From assembly GCA_010093605.1 (NCBI GenBank), contig MU004183.1:2108001-2172000 (forward strand): 64,000 nt of DNA, written 5' to 3'. The stretch is from Lophium mytilinum (Eukaryota). Positions 48,879-59,687 of this stretch are shown piece after piece. Position 1 is the stretch's first letter; every line of letters begins with the position of its first letter. The position numbers and the translations under genes were made by a program. The notes beneath the pieces are model-generated. The model searched no databases, was not told the DNA's origin, and was given only the letters and a program-made list of their open reading frames with translations.

Positions 48879-49236
48879 GCATCCATTCAGAACCCTTTCC
48901 AAACTTAACCACTTCCCCAACGCGGCAATCGAATCTGTAGATCCCGGTGTTGTTACTGCACCTCGTGCGGTCCAGAAAGGCGGATAGACCCTTTGTGGCA
49001 GTGCAAAGATTTCTGCGTGTGTGCACCCCTTCCCCGCCTCCCAGTTGGCGGAAAAGGCTGCAGATCGTTGGGCCCCTCCCTCCAAGGTTAATGCAACGTC
49101 CTCGTGGTTGGCAGCGTGCATCGTTTCGGAGTAAATTCCCGTCGTTTTGGTACACTAGCTACGGCGGTTTGTTCCGGCCGTTTTATTATTTTTTGCACTT
49201 GAAATGCTAGTTAGGAGTGGGCGTTGCATTTTGGTA

Positions 49237-49573
49237 CAGTAAAACCTCAGTATAGTGATACGGTTTTTTGCGAGGTTTCGTATCACTGTACGGAGAGTAT
49301 CACTGTAACAAAAGTCACGTGTGGGTGATTTGTAAGCCATTAGCCCCCAAAAGAGCGAGATTAAGGGGTCTTTGGGGGCGGTCGGAGGTGCCACGGACCA
49401 CACGCCCATACAAAAACCCCCCTGGTTAGTATGATTTTGGTGAGAGGGTACTAGTGATACCACAGTAACCAACGATATTACTATACCCATACAAATTTCC
49501 ACGGTCAGCCGAAATTTATCACTCTATAGAGTATATCACTATCCACCGGAAACACTATACCGAGGTTTTACTG
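49237..49573. mobile_element. Tc1/mariner (pogo-like) MITE, 337 bp
   Basis: 21-bp TIRs CAGTAAAACCTC(A/G)GTATAGTG (20/21 match), TA on both sides, internal GTGATAC/GTATCAC repeats. Confidence 0.92.
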
Positions 49574-51796
49574 TAAGTTGGTAGGTATTTTTGGAGCGAT
49601 TGCGGGTATCCTACTACCTAGGGCGCGGAGGAGGCATGTGGCATGCACGGTTCTGTCACTCTGTGTGGGATATGGATTGCGACTCCAGACGGAGCGATCG
49701 CGGGAAAAGGAAAAAGAGATGGATGCTCGACAGACCGCGTCACAGCGGTCGTCCGTAACCTCGAATCTTTGCTCCTTCGAGCACTCGGCGATAGCATACA
49801 GCCATGCGCAGTGGCGAAAACCCACACGTACTGTACCTTCTCTAGCTTGGACATGGACATCGTGGTGCTCGTCGCTGTCCGCCAGGGGCAGCATCCTCTC
49901 CCACCGACCCGGGCGGACCCCTCCATCTCTCCAGCATCGGTGAGAAGTCGTCCCCCTCGTAGGTACTGTGGCGACCGCATCTCCCCTCCAGCCAGTCCAA
50001 TGGTCGTCACACCCAAAAACGCGCCCCCATCACGAGACCAGCCTCACAGAGATCTGCGGTTGCGCTGGCAGCGCACGAGTCACGTCTTCCAGCGCGCGGC
50101 GCCCCGCCACTCCCACTCCACTCATTCATCCCTCGTGCCTCGAGCCCCTTCGCGGGCCCCGACTTGCGTAACGTTAGCTGTGGCGAAAAGGCACAGTAGC
50201 TGTGGCTCAGTCCCACCCCGCGGACGCAGATCGCGCAGATCCCCTCTCTATCCTCTGCCTCTCCAAGATCGGCCGCCGCGAGCCGAGTGGTGCGAAAGTT
50301 ATCTTTAGAAACCTGATGTCGGTCTAGGCCTATCTGGCGCTGGCCGCGTTGGCAAAGTCTTGTGACTCTGTGACTCCGTTGTTCTGCATCTGGAGAGATA
50401 TTCGCAACGGGAGGGTTCGAGCGGCTCGCTGGTGCACGACCGGTGTGGCTCGGCGCCGCTTTCTACGCCCCAGTCCCAGCCAGCGCCAAGCGTGATAGGT
50501 GGAGGCGGCCGTTGGAATTGCTTTGGCGAAAGTGACAGCGGAGAGGAACGGGCTGGACATGACAGGGCGGGACGAGGGACGCCGTAGCGGAGGCGTAAAC
50601 GGTCGGTGAAAGCGCGCTCCCCAGCCACTCGTTGCGCCGTGCTGGGTACCGAGGATGGGAGATGGTGTGGCACGTTCATGGCGCTAGATGTGTTGTTCTC
50701 GACGCGATCCACGGATGGCGCTGCTGTTCACGGGAACACAGGGCTGAACGGTGTGGAGCCTTGTTGAGGGAGGACGCGTAAGGCGTCAGGGCACTCTCCA
50801 TAGTCAAAGGCCCAAGAGGGTCAAATCATCAGGCCAAGCACATTGGCATATGAAACGGTTCTGACAAGCTGCAGGAGGTTGCAGTTGCTGCCGAGGGTAG
50901 CAACGGCGCTTTGATTGGTCTACTGCGATATTGGCGCACAAGTACAGTGACGGCAAGTCTTGAAGCCAAGAGAGCCTTCTGAGAAGACTGTGGAAATCGG
51001 AAAATCGAGGCCGAAGAAAAAGGGGCTCTCGGTAAGCATTGTGTGAGATAGAGGAGCGGGTTGAGCAAAGAGGGCTATTTGTCGGCTAGTCTTGTAGTAA
51101 GGCTAAAACCCCTTTCTTTCGCCGTAGAGCCTCTAGGAACAAATGGAAGGCCTGTAGCCTAGCAAACTTGATACATGCAATGTGTAGTATTTCAATTGGC
51201 GCGTAGCCGCCGTCCCTTCCGAGAAACCCGAAGAATAAGCCCGCCCGTGATTGAAAAACGCTTGAAGAAAGAAGCAAGCGACTCTCCCATACTCCAACAT
51301 TGCAGGTAGTCCACAGACCAAACAAAAAATTACACAGTAAGCTTAAAGTACTAGTGCAAAATACGCACGAAATGGTTGCTGGGTAAATTAAGTATGAAAA
51401 AGTAAAGCAAAATGATAATATAACAAGTAGCCAAGAAGACAAAGACCTCTGGTAAAGTCTATCGAGTCAGAATGACTGTGTGTGCCTGCCCTGATGTGTC
51501 CGAGAACACGCAGTCCTCGGCACAATTCCTCCTCCTCTTTTAATTCTTTCAAACTTCAGGCGTGTACGTGTTAATCAATGAATAGAATGTGAATGGGTAT
51601 CGTAAACAGAATAAGGAAGCTGGCCCATAGCTTGAGCTTTGTGGTATCTTTCAACTCGAAAATCAAAAACGCCGTGATGTCTTGGACCGTTCCCTAAAGC
51701 ACTTGGTCTAGTGCTTTACGTGTACGAATAGTACATTGTCGTTATTGTCATTACAAGGCGGACCTTGGGAGCCTGGACGGCTTGGAGGCTCCGGGC

Positions 51797-54604
51797 CTAG
51801 TAGAGAAGCTTGAGCTCATAACCTGCAGAGTTGACGTTCTCAATCGCTCCCACGTCGCCGTCCACTTGGATATCAGTAGGCCCGGCATCCCATTCTCGCT
51901 TCGTCGGTGAATGTGGTGTGATTTCTGTGAATTCGGCCGTCATATCCTGTCCTTCTGGAAGTTCTCGCACGGCTTCGTCGTCGAAGAGGATCTGGAGCCC
52001 TTTCTGGGTGACTCGAACGGTCCGAATAACTTTGGTAGGCTCGATGTCGATCTTAGCGGCGATCCCTGATACGAGGTCCTTGAGCGTCCGCTGCATAAGG
52101 TACACAGCCCTGAAATAATTGTCCTCGGGCGCTCTTCCAGTAATCCTCGGCTGAACATACAAACAACCCTCTATGCGACGTTAGTGAATGACTCTTTGAG
52201 CTGCCAAGACTAGGGTGAACTTACGAGGCTTGAGGAGCCGCTCAGGTGGCGGTTGATAAGAGTAATCGACGCCCAAGGCTTCAATCCATCCCGAAAGAGT
52301 GTGATCGGCGCCCTCCGTTTTTTGTACCTTGACGGGAATATCAGGAGCGCTGATAGTTTGTTGGCCAGCTGTGACTTGGAGGTCTCCAGTTGCGGTCTGG
52401 GGCATGCTTCGCCATTCGTTCGATGACATCCTGGACGGAGGGTTGAAGGGGGTCGGTTGTTGGAAGCCCGAGGTTCTTCGTTCTCCGGAATTGATAGATA
52501 GCGAGCTGGGTGTCGGAGATACTATTGATGACGTGTTGGCTGTGTTCGTGCTTTGCCTCTCCCACATGGTAGTGTCGACGGTGGTATCAACTTTTGTGAG
52601 ATCCTGAGGTTCTCCCACGAGCGACACCGGATGTACATCGGGATCGTCCAGCTCCTCTCCTCTAAGATACAGGACGCTTGCGGGTCTTGTTGAGCTGAAC
52701 ATGTCCTGGAGTGTAGCCAACTTCACGTGCAGGTCCTCCTCGGCGGGGGCTCGGTTGCCCGTTGAGCTTACGGACGACATCGACCACGTCCTCTTGTGCT
52801 TGGGGACCTTGCCTGGTCTTTGAGGCCCGCTTGCCTTCGAAATCGAGCCACTGCGCTTTCTCTTCCCAAAGTCTTTCATGCCAGTTTCCGCCTGTGCGAT
52901 CTGCTGCTTGAGCTTATCAATAGTCTTCTTGACGTGCGCAATATCGTTCGAGAGCTTCCGCTCAGCCCCATGATCGCGGAAAAGCTTGACCTTGCAATAG
53001 CACAACTCGGGCTGTGAGGTCTCGGGAGGAGACCCAGGAATACTACTGAGAAGCTCGGTTTTGGCGCATAGTCGCACTGGTATGCCTTTGACGCCTTTGG
53101 AATGGCTGAAATCCGTTGAAAGAAAGTTGAATCGCACGGCAATGGAGCATTCGGGCGAGGCGTTCGGGAGGGGCGTCCAAGTGACTGCGAATCCATCGAA
53201 TGAAGCTGATTCTAATTCGAAGCGTGGGCGGCTATGTGAATCGCCTCCGCCGATCTGGCTGGGGTCGACAAACTCTACGGCTTGGAGACGACCCTGTCGT
53301 TGATGGGCTTCGGTAGTACCTCTGCCTTCTTTCCAGAGCTGCCAGCAAGCTGCTGGGCGCTGTCGCTGTTGCTCGTCTTCGAAGGAAATACGGATAAAAG
53401 TCCTATACTTGATCGGTGTGGCCGACGAATGCACTGGCGCTGTGTCCACTACCGAAACCGAGTACGCCTGACCTTTATTCAGGTAGGTCACCGGAATCTC
53501 ATCCGAATTCTTGATCATGGCAGTCGGTGCGTTCAGAGTAACATGATATCGGAAACTGCGCCCTGTTAGTACCTACAATGATGGAGAATGATTTAGAGAA
53601 GCTGGCGATATTTACTCACTTCTCCTGCGGTTGCTGGGTAACAGTGGGGCGGATGTTCTCGCTGAAAGTCGTGGTCGGAAAGGACATGAGTGGGGATTCA
53701 TGCATCTCTACGTCTGGTGCCACGTTCTCCATGGAAGATTCGTCGTGGGTTTGGCCCATCGGATCATAGGCCGAGTGCTGATGCGAAAAATGATGGGGTG
53801 CGAACGCGCCATGTTGCGGTTGATGAAGCGCGAAAGGGTTGGGGTTTTGAAATTGCTGAGACTGGAGGACGTGGGGATGGAATCCGTGCATGGGCTGCGT
53901 AGATGGAGCGTGGAGGGTGCTGCTGGGCTCGGAATTTGGAAGTGATAGAGGTGTGCCTAGGCCGAAGCTGAAGCCAGGGGTGTGGAGGTCGCCGGCCTGG
54001 CTATGGTAGAGCGTGTTAGTACCGCCTGGAGTGGGCGTGTAGTAGCCAGGAGGTTGGTTGGCGAAGGACGCAAATGCGAAGCTGTTGGGGTCGAGCAGCG
54101 AGGGAGTGAAGCGCCAAGGCTCGTTGGATGCCCGGGGGGTGGGGTCCTGGTCCTTGATGTCCTCGTGATCCGGATAATTGCTACATAAACACGAGATATT
54201 AGCATTTGGAGATTATTTGTCTGGGGGCTCAGAGTTCGTGTGGTGGATGCGGCGCATTCACAGCGAGGCTCGGGGAGGTGCAAGACGCATGTCTCCGCCA
54301 AGCCCGCGCAATGAAGCAGCGCATCCCACGAGAATACGTACCGAGCGTGCAGCGCTACATCGAGCGCGTCGGTGAGAGTTGGCCCAGTGCCAGTGCTGGC
54401 GGCAGACGGGCGACTTGTCTGCGCAACATGGGGGAAAGCGGCCCTGAAGGTCGCCAGAAGCTCTTCGTTGGGCTTCTGTGAATTGGTACTGCGCGCGCTC
54501 TGTCAGTCTTCGTAACGGAGGGATATAGCGAGGATGGCAGCGCGCGACCCAGAGCTCTTGGGCGCGCAGTGCTGCTCGCAGCAGACGTACCGGTTTCGAA
54601 ACAT
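51797..54604 (-). CDS. Grainyhead/CP2-family transcription factor (about 5 exons)
   Basis: MFRNR-TNSQKPNEELL; FRYHVTLNAPTAMIK..EIPVTYLNKGQAY; RFNFLSTDFSHSKGVKGIPVRLCAKTE; YCKVKLFRDHGAERKL. Confidence 0.95.
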
Positions 54605-57522
54605 GGCGGGGTGGGTGCAAGACGCTCGACTACGCAGACGTGGGCATCGAGAGAAGTGAGGTCGGTGGGAGGCTCCAGACGGGTGGAGGTGTGAAACATG
54701 GAATTACGGTCGATGGGTATGGCGCATGGAGAGGTCAAGCCACAGGTGCAGCGGGCGCATACATAAGAGAGTCAGTCTGCTATCGGGCAGGGCGGCGGCA
54801 GGGAGGGCTTGGACACGCGGGCGCTGGGTGCTGGCGTGGTGGGTAAAGTGCGTTGCGGCAGGTGCAAGAGAGGCTTTCGAGGCTAGGGAGACGCTCCGAT
54901 GAATGAAGCACCACCAACGACAGCTCCAGGGCTTAAGGCCGTCAGGGTCGCGGCAGCACAGCCACAGGGCCCTACGTCTCGCTCGCCGGCCGGGGCGTGA
55001 GGGCTCCAGGGCCTCTCCAGAAGAGTGCAGCAAGTCAGGGCCGGCGACATCACTCGGCCTGAAGGGGCGCGATGGGCAGCCGTGTCGCATCACTTACGAC
55101 TGTGGCAGCGGTCATCTCCCCCCAGCATCCCGGCGCGACTCGCGCTGCTCACTGCCGTTTTGGCTGCTGAAGCGGCGGGTGCAGACGCCTAGGTCGTCGC
55201 GCGCCGGGGGGCCTCCATGCAGTAGCTTTTGCAGACACGCGGACTCCCAGCCCGCTGTTTCTCGAGCGGGCCACTGTGGGCGGCCTTGTGCGAGGGCCTG
55301 TGGCTGCTGCTCCCGACGCCACCGGTAATGAGGGCCCCAAAAAGCGCTCGGCTTGGGGGCTCCACGTCGAGTTTCCCCATGACAATCCCGTGTCATCTCC
55401 CATCGCTCATTCCGCCCATTCTCATCTCCCATGCGGCCCATGCTCTCCCAGGTCGTGCTCTCCACGCGCTCCAATTCTACCGCTCGCACGGCCAGCGAAC
55501 GGCCCCGTCGCGCCCTTCAATCACAGCCGGCCCCTGCGTGAGAGCGACGGATGGACGACGAGGATGCTGCCCGCGATCCGCCCGCCAAACGGCTCCGGCG
55601 GCCAATCCTGTGGCTGGAGCGCGTGCTAATTGCGTCGCTTGTGCGCCGTCCTGGCCCGTTACGGAGGCTCTCTTTATTTCTAGAAAAGCCCACCATCTCT
55701 GTGCCGAAATGAAGGACGGCCGCTTGCCCGAACCGTACGCGCCCGTTGCTCGCGCCGCCATCGACTGCGAGCAGCACCGAGAGCCGTTCGTCATGCTGCC
55801 TCATGCAGCGCTCTCTCTTTGATGTCGGCCTCGGCCATTGGACGAGGCGGCGTGCGTGATTTCGCCAGCAATGGTAGAGCGCCGGTCATGCTTGTCACTT
55901 CCAAGCGTCCCCAGTTCCAGAGGCGCGTGTGGCCGGTACAACGGTCCCGGCACTTCCCACCCAGCCCGTCGCAGTCCCGGCTGCTCGTTGTGCGTCGAGC
56001 TGTCGTCTTTTGGGCCCTTCGAGGTGCGCCGATCGCCTGCGCCGCTGCGACGTCCACCGCGATGCGTACTCCCTTTGCTGGACCCTCGCGAATCGGGTGC
56101 TGCCCGGCGTTGCACATCATCACGCCAGAGCAGCTGAGGCCGACGTCGTCGCTGTGCCACAGCCCGGGTGAGCCACAGAAGATCTTCCCCCCGCGAATGA
56201 GAATGGCCCCCAATGGGGTCTAGACGTGGCGGTGCGTACGTGGACTGTCGATCTGTGGCTCACCATGGCGTGCGGCACAGACCGTCGGGACGCCGGTCGA
56301 GAGCCAGCTGTGGCGCCGCGTAAACCTGCAGGGCCTTGCGCCGTTGCACTGGCGTCTGGTGCCGTCGAGAGTCAAGATTCAAGATGGGGGAAATCATACC
56401 ATGTTGCGCGACGGCGTTGCTTGGTGTGTCGGAGAGACCTCCAGCCACCTCGAAGCTTCTGCTCCACCGAGTGCTTTTGCCTCTGCCAGCAGCAAGGGAG
56501 ACATGTACTGTACTCGTTTCCACCACTCGCTGCGGGCCGACTCCGAGTTACAACATCGTAAGGTGCGCGCATATCTTTTTCCATCAGCTGTCCTTTGCTC
56601 GCCGCTGTTGCCGACCGAGGGAGTGCATTGTCAGTTGTCACAGGAAGACCGCATCGGACGAACATCAAAAACGGGCCGGAGTCCCTTTTCTGAGTGTACC
56701 TAGTTTATAACAGCCTACCCTTGCCATACCATATTAGTGTTGACAGACGCGAAAATAAGAGAAATCCATGACTGGTTTGAAACGTGTGCCTGTTACCCTG
56801 CTAGCGATCGATAGAGCGCACTAAATTGTCTGTCTCGCTTGCTGGCCTTGTTTCAGATGAGATGTATATAATGTCCGAACTGATTTAGTCCGCGGGCAGA
56901 TGAAGCCAGACAAGCCAGAGTTTAATTGCGAGTCTACAGGAGGTGACGGTAATTTTGAGTTTTAAAACGTCGGTAGAGCCGGCAGCCAAGCCCTGCAGCC
57001 GACAGCTGTGAGCGATAATGCACCTGGTGATCGACCTTCAATCCACAGATCCTGCTGGAGCCTGACACAATCTTTCTTGACGTTGCGCCCTTAGCGACCT
57101 TCTCGTGTGGGTGTTGGTATCCACAGATCCGTCCAAAGCAGTCCGAAAGCGTGAACCCGAGTACGGAGTAGGCTCCGAGGAAGACGACATTGGCGTGTTA
57201 TTCACCGCTAAAGCCAAACAAACCATCTCCGCATACGACATGTGGGGGGAAAAGAACGCTCAACAGGTATGCTCTGACGTGAATCTGATCAAATGTCTGT
57301 GGTGATGAAAGCCTGCCGTTTGCTGCCCTCAAGCTGTCTCGCACTGGCGCAAGCAACTGCTGATATCAAATATGTCCCTGCATTGCTTAGTCTACAGCAT
57401 GGTACCATAATACGGGCTGTGTCAAGCGAACCAGTCTGCTTCGCGTGTCATACTCCACCATCCTGAGATATCAACAGGGTACGCATCCCCGATTACATAT
57501 CACGCTGGGCATGAAAAAAGTA

Positions 57523-57644
57523 AACCTGTCTGCCGCTGCTTGGAGTGCTTCAACAAGTTTCTAGATAGCCCAAAGCTATGGGTAATCAGCTCATTCATAT
57601 CTTTTAAAACGCATTGAAGCACCACAAACGGCGGCAGACAGGTG
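57523..57644. mobile_element. About 120-bp TA-flanked MITE, family copy 1
   Basis: TA|AACCTGTCTGCCGCTG...TGCTTCAA ... TTGAAGCA...GCGGCAGACAGGTG|TA; similar to the reverse complement of 58825-58944. Confidence 0.85.
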
Positions 57645-57689
57645 TATAAGATTGATCTTATCCGCGTGCGCCCAGTCTTCGAAATCCGA

Positions 57690-59687
57690 TCAATTTCCGA
57701 AACTCTTCTGACCGGAACCACCTCCTACAGCTCTTGCAGCTGCTAACGCGAAACTGTTTCTGGCATTTCCCGCATTCTCAGTGAGCCTCGGGGTCCCAGA
57801 CCTGGCTACTGCGCTTGTAGAACTACCCGGCCCGACCGAGATACGTCTGCTGCTTCTGATTGAAGAACTGTGTCGAACAGCAGTCGCAGAGCTGTTAACC
57901 GAACTCGCAGAGTCTCTCCGCGTCATCGAATCTTGATACACCGACGTCAGAATGCTAGAAGGCGAGTCTTCTCGTCGCACTCGCGCCAAGGGATGCTCTT
58001 GGAGAGGGCTTGGTATCATGGAAGCCTTTCGAGTTTCGGGACTGACCTTAGTGTCGACAGCCAGCACCTGAGAACTCAAAGTCAGGGTCCTCCCGACACT
58101 GGCCAGTTCGGCAGTCACTTGATCCATTGCAGAGATAGTCGTATCATCTCCAGGGTCAAAGGAGAAATGTCGACGTGGGTGGCGATCAGAGCTTAGCTGA
58201 GGCTGTGATTGGGAGTGTCTTGGTCGACGCTCGAGGCCCCAATCTCCACTGTCAGTGTCTTGTCTAGGCTTTGAGGGCGCTTCGGAGAGATGTTGTTCCA
58301 ACACTGCGTTATCTTTACCTTCTAGAATATTCACAAGCCGCGGGAGCATCGTTTCGATGCATATGCCGCGTCGCCGAGCAAGCTGAATGACGAGGTCTCG
58401 CAGCGCAACGAAGTCTTCTCCTTCAGCCCTTGCATCTACTATCGTGTTTGTTGTTGCGCCCTCTTCATCTGGTAAAGCATCTCCAGCAGAACTGAAAGTG
58501 GAGTATGTGTCCGAGGGATCATCAGATTGACTGGCCAGAGGAGGACCTCTACCTTGAGATGACAGAATACTCTCGCCATGTGATGGGGCTGCTTCGTTGC
58601 TCTTGGTCCAGTATGATAGCGAGTGCTTGTGTCGTCTATCCGGGGGAGTTCCCACAGGCAGGTCATCGTGATCGTTCATGTGGGATAACGTCTTGGATAG
58701 TGCTTTCATCTGGTTCGATGGGGACTTTGAGCGCAGAACGACTGGTAGTTGCTATGTTAGCATAACGTAAAGAGACGCCGGGTATAGAATAAGTGGCACA
58801 CTCAACAAGAACCTGTCTTGCGTACACCTGTCTGCCGCTGTCTGTGGTGCTTCAATGTATTTTGAGCATACAAACAAGATAGAAACTCTTAGCCTTGGGC
58901 ATATGTAAACTTGTTGAAGCACTTCCAGCAGTGGCAGACAGGTGTAAACAGGTTCTTGGTGAGAGTGCCACCTTTTTCATGCCCCCATGAGAAAGTTGAG
59001 AATGCTATGGTCCTTACCTCGTTGACCCTCTCTCATCATGTCTTGGCTAACCTGGTCTCTCCATAAGAATTCGTACGCTGTTTCGAGCTGCTCTTCGGAT
59101 GGTGTCTTATGAACCTTGCGCTTTCGATGGATCACACTGCCTTGTCGCGCTCTCATTAGCTCAGTCATTCCCTGTTTGCCTCTTGCGATAATCAGCTCTA
59201 GCCGTCGGATCTCGCTGCGGAAGTTATGCTCCTCGGCCGACCATCGCTCCTCCGCTTCCTTGTAGCCATCAAGCGTCTCCTTCAGAAGCTCATCCAATTT
59301 CTCCTTCTCCTCGCGGAGATTTCTGTAGTTCTCGACAAGGTGTAGTATGCTGCTGTTATGAGCCACAGGGAGGGGCTTATTGGGATTCCTGAGAAGCATC
59401 GTGGATATAGACTGTACCACCATGTAGGGATCAACCTTTGGCTCGACGTCTACGGGCTGTCCAAGGTTGTCCCAAAAGTTGTCGGAAAACAACTCGTCGG
59501 ACTTTTGTGGGGCGGAGATGGCAAGGTAGTTAGACAGGTATCTCGTCAGCTTCGGTCGGGGTCGAAGCCGTGAAGTCGAGCGCTCGGAGCCATTGTCGCT
59601 ATGACGGTCGTCAAAATCATCTGCTACTGGTGTTTTTGAGCGGGTTGGGTGGGAGATCTTCTTGCGCCATGCGTTGATGTCTGTCAT
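57690..59687 (-). CDS. Hypothetical protein with a coiled coil and a disordered C-terminus (intron 58742-59017)
   Basis: Two long ORFs joined in frame by a GTAAGG...CTAAC..CAG intron; HNSSILHLVENYR...FRSEIRRLELIIA, RRHFSFDPGDD. Confidence 0.85.
58793..58971. mobile_element. Intronic nested inverted repeat: 120-bp TA-MITE (58825-58944) inside an outer hairpin with 24-bp arms
   Basis: Inner TA|CACCTGTCTGCC...GGCAGACAGGTG|TA; outer GTGGCACACTCAACAAGAACCTGT / ACAGGTTCTTGGTGAGAGTGCCAC. Confidence 0.87.

Noticed and set aside
47100..50800. Many overlapping 60-220 aa ORFs
   Set aside because: They occur in all frames, are Arg/Pro/Ala/Cys-rich without motifs, and are expected from GC-rich non-coding DNA
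54700..56710. Dense overlapping ORFs upstream of the Grainyhead gene
   Set aside because: Same GC-rich artefact; no coding-like composition
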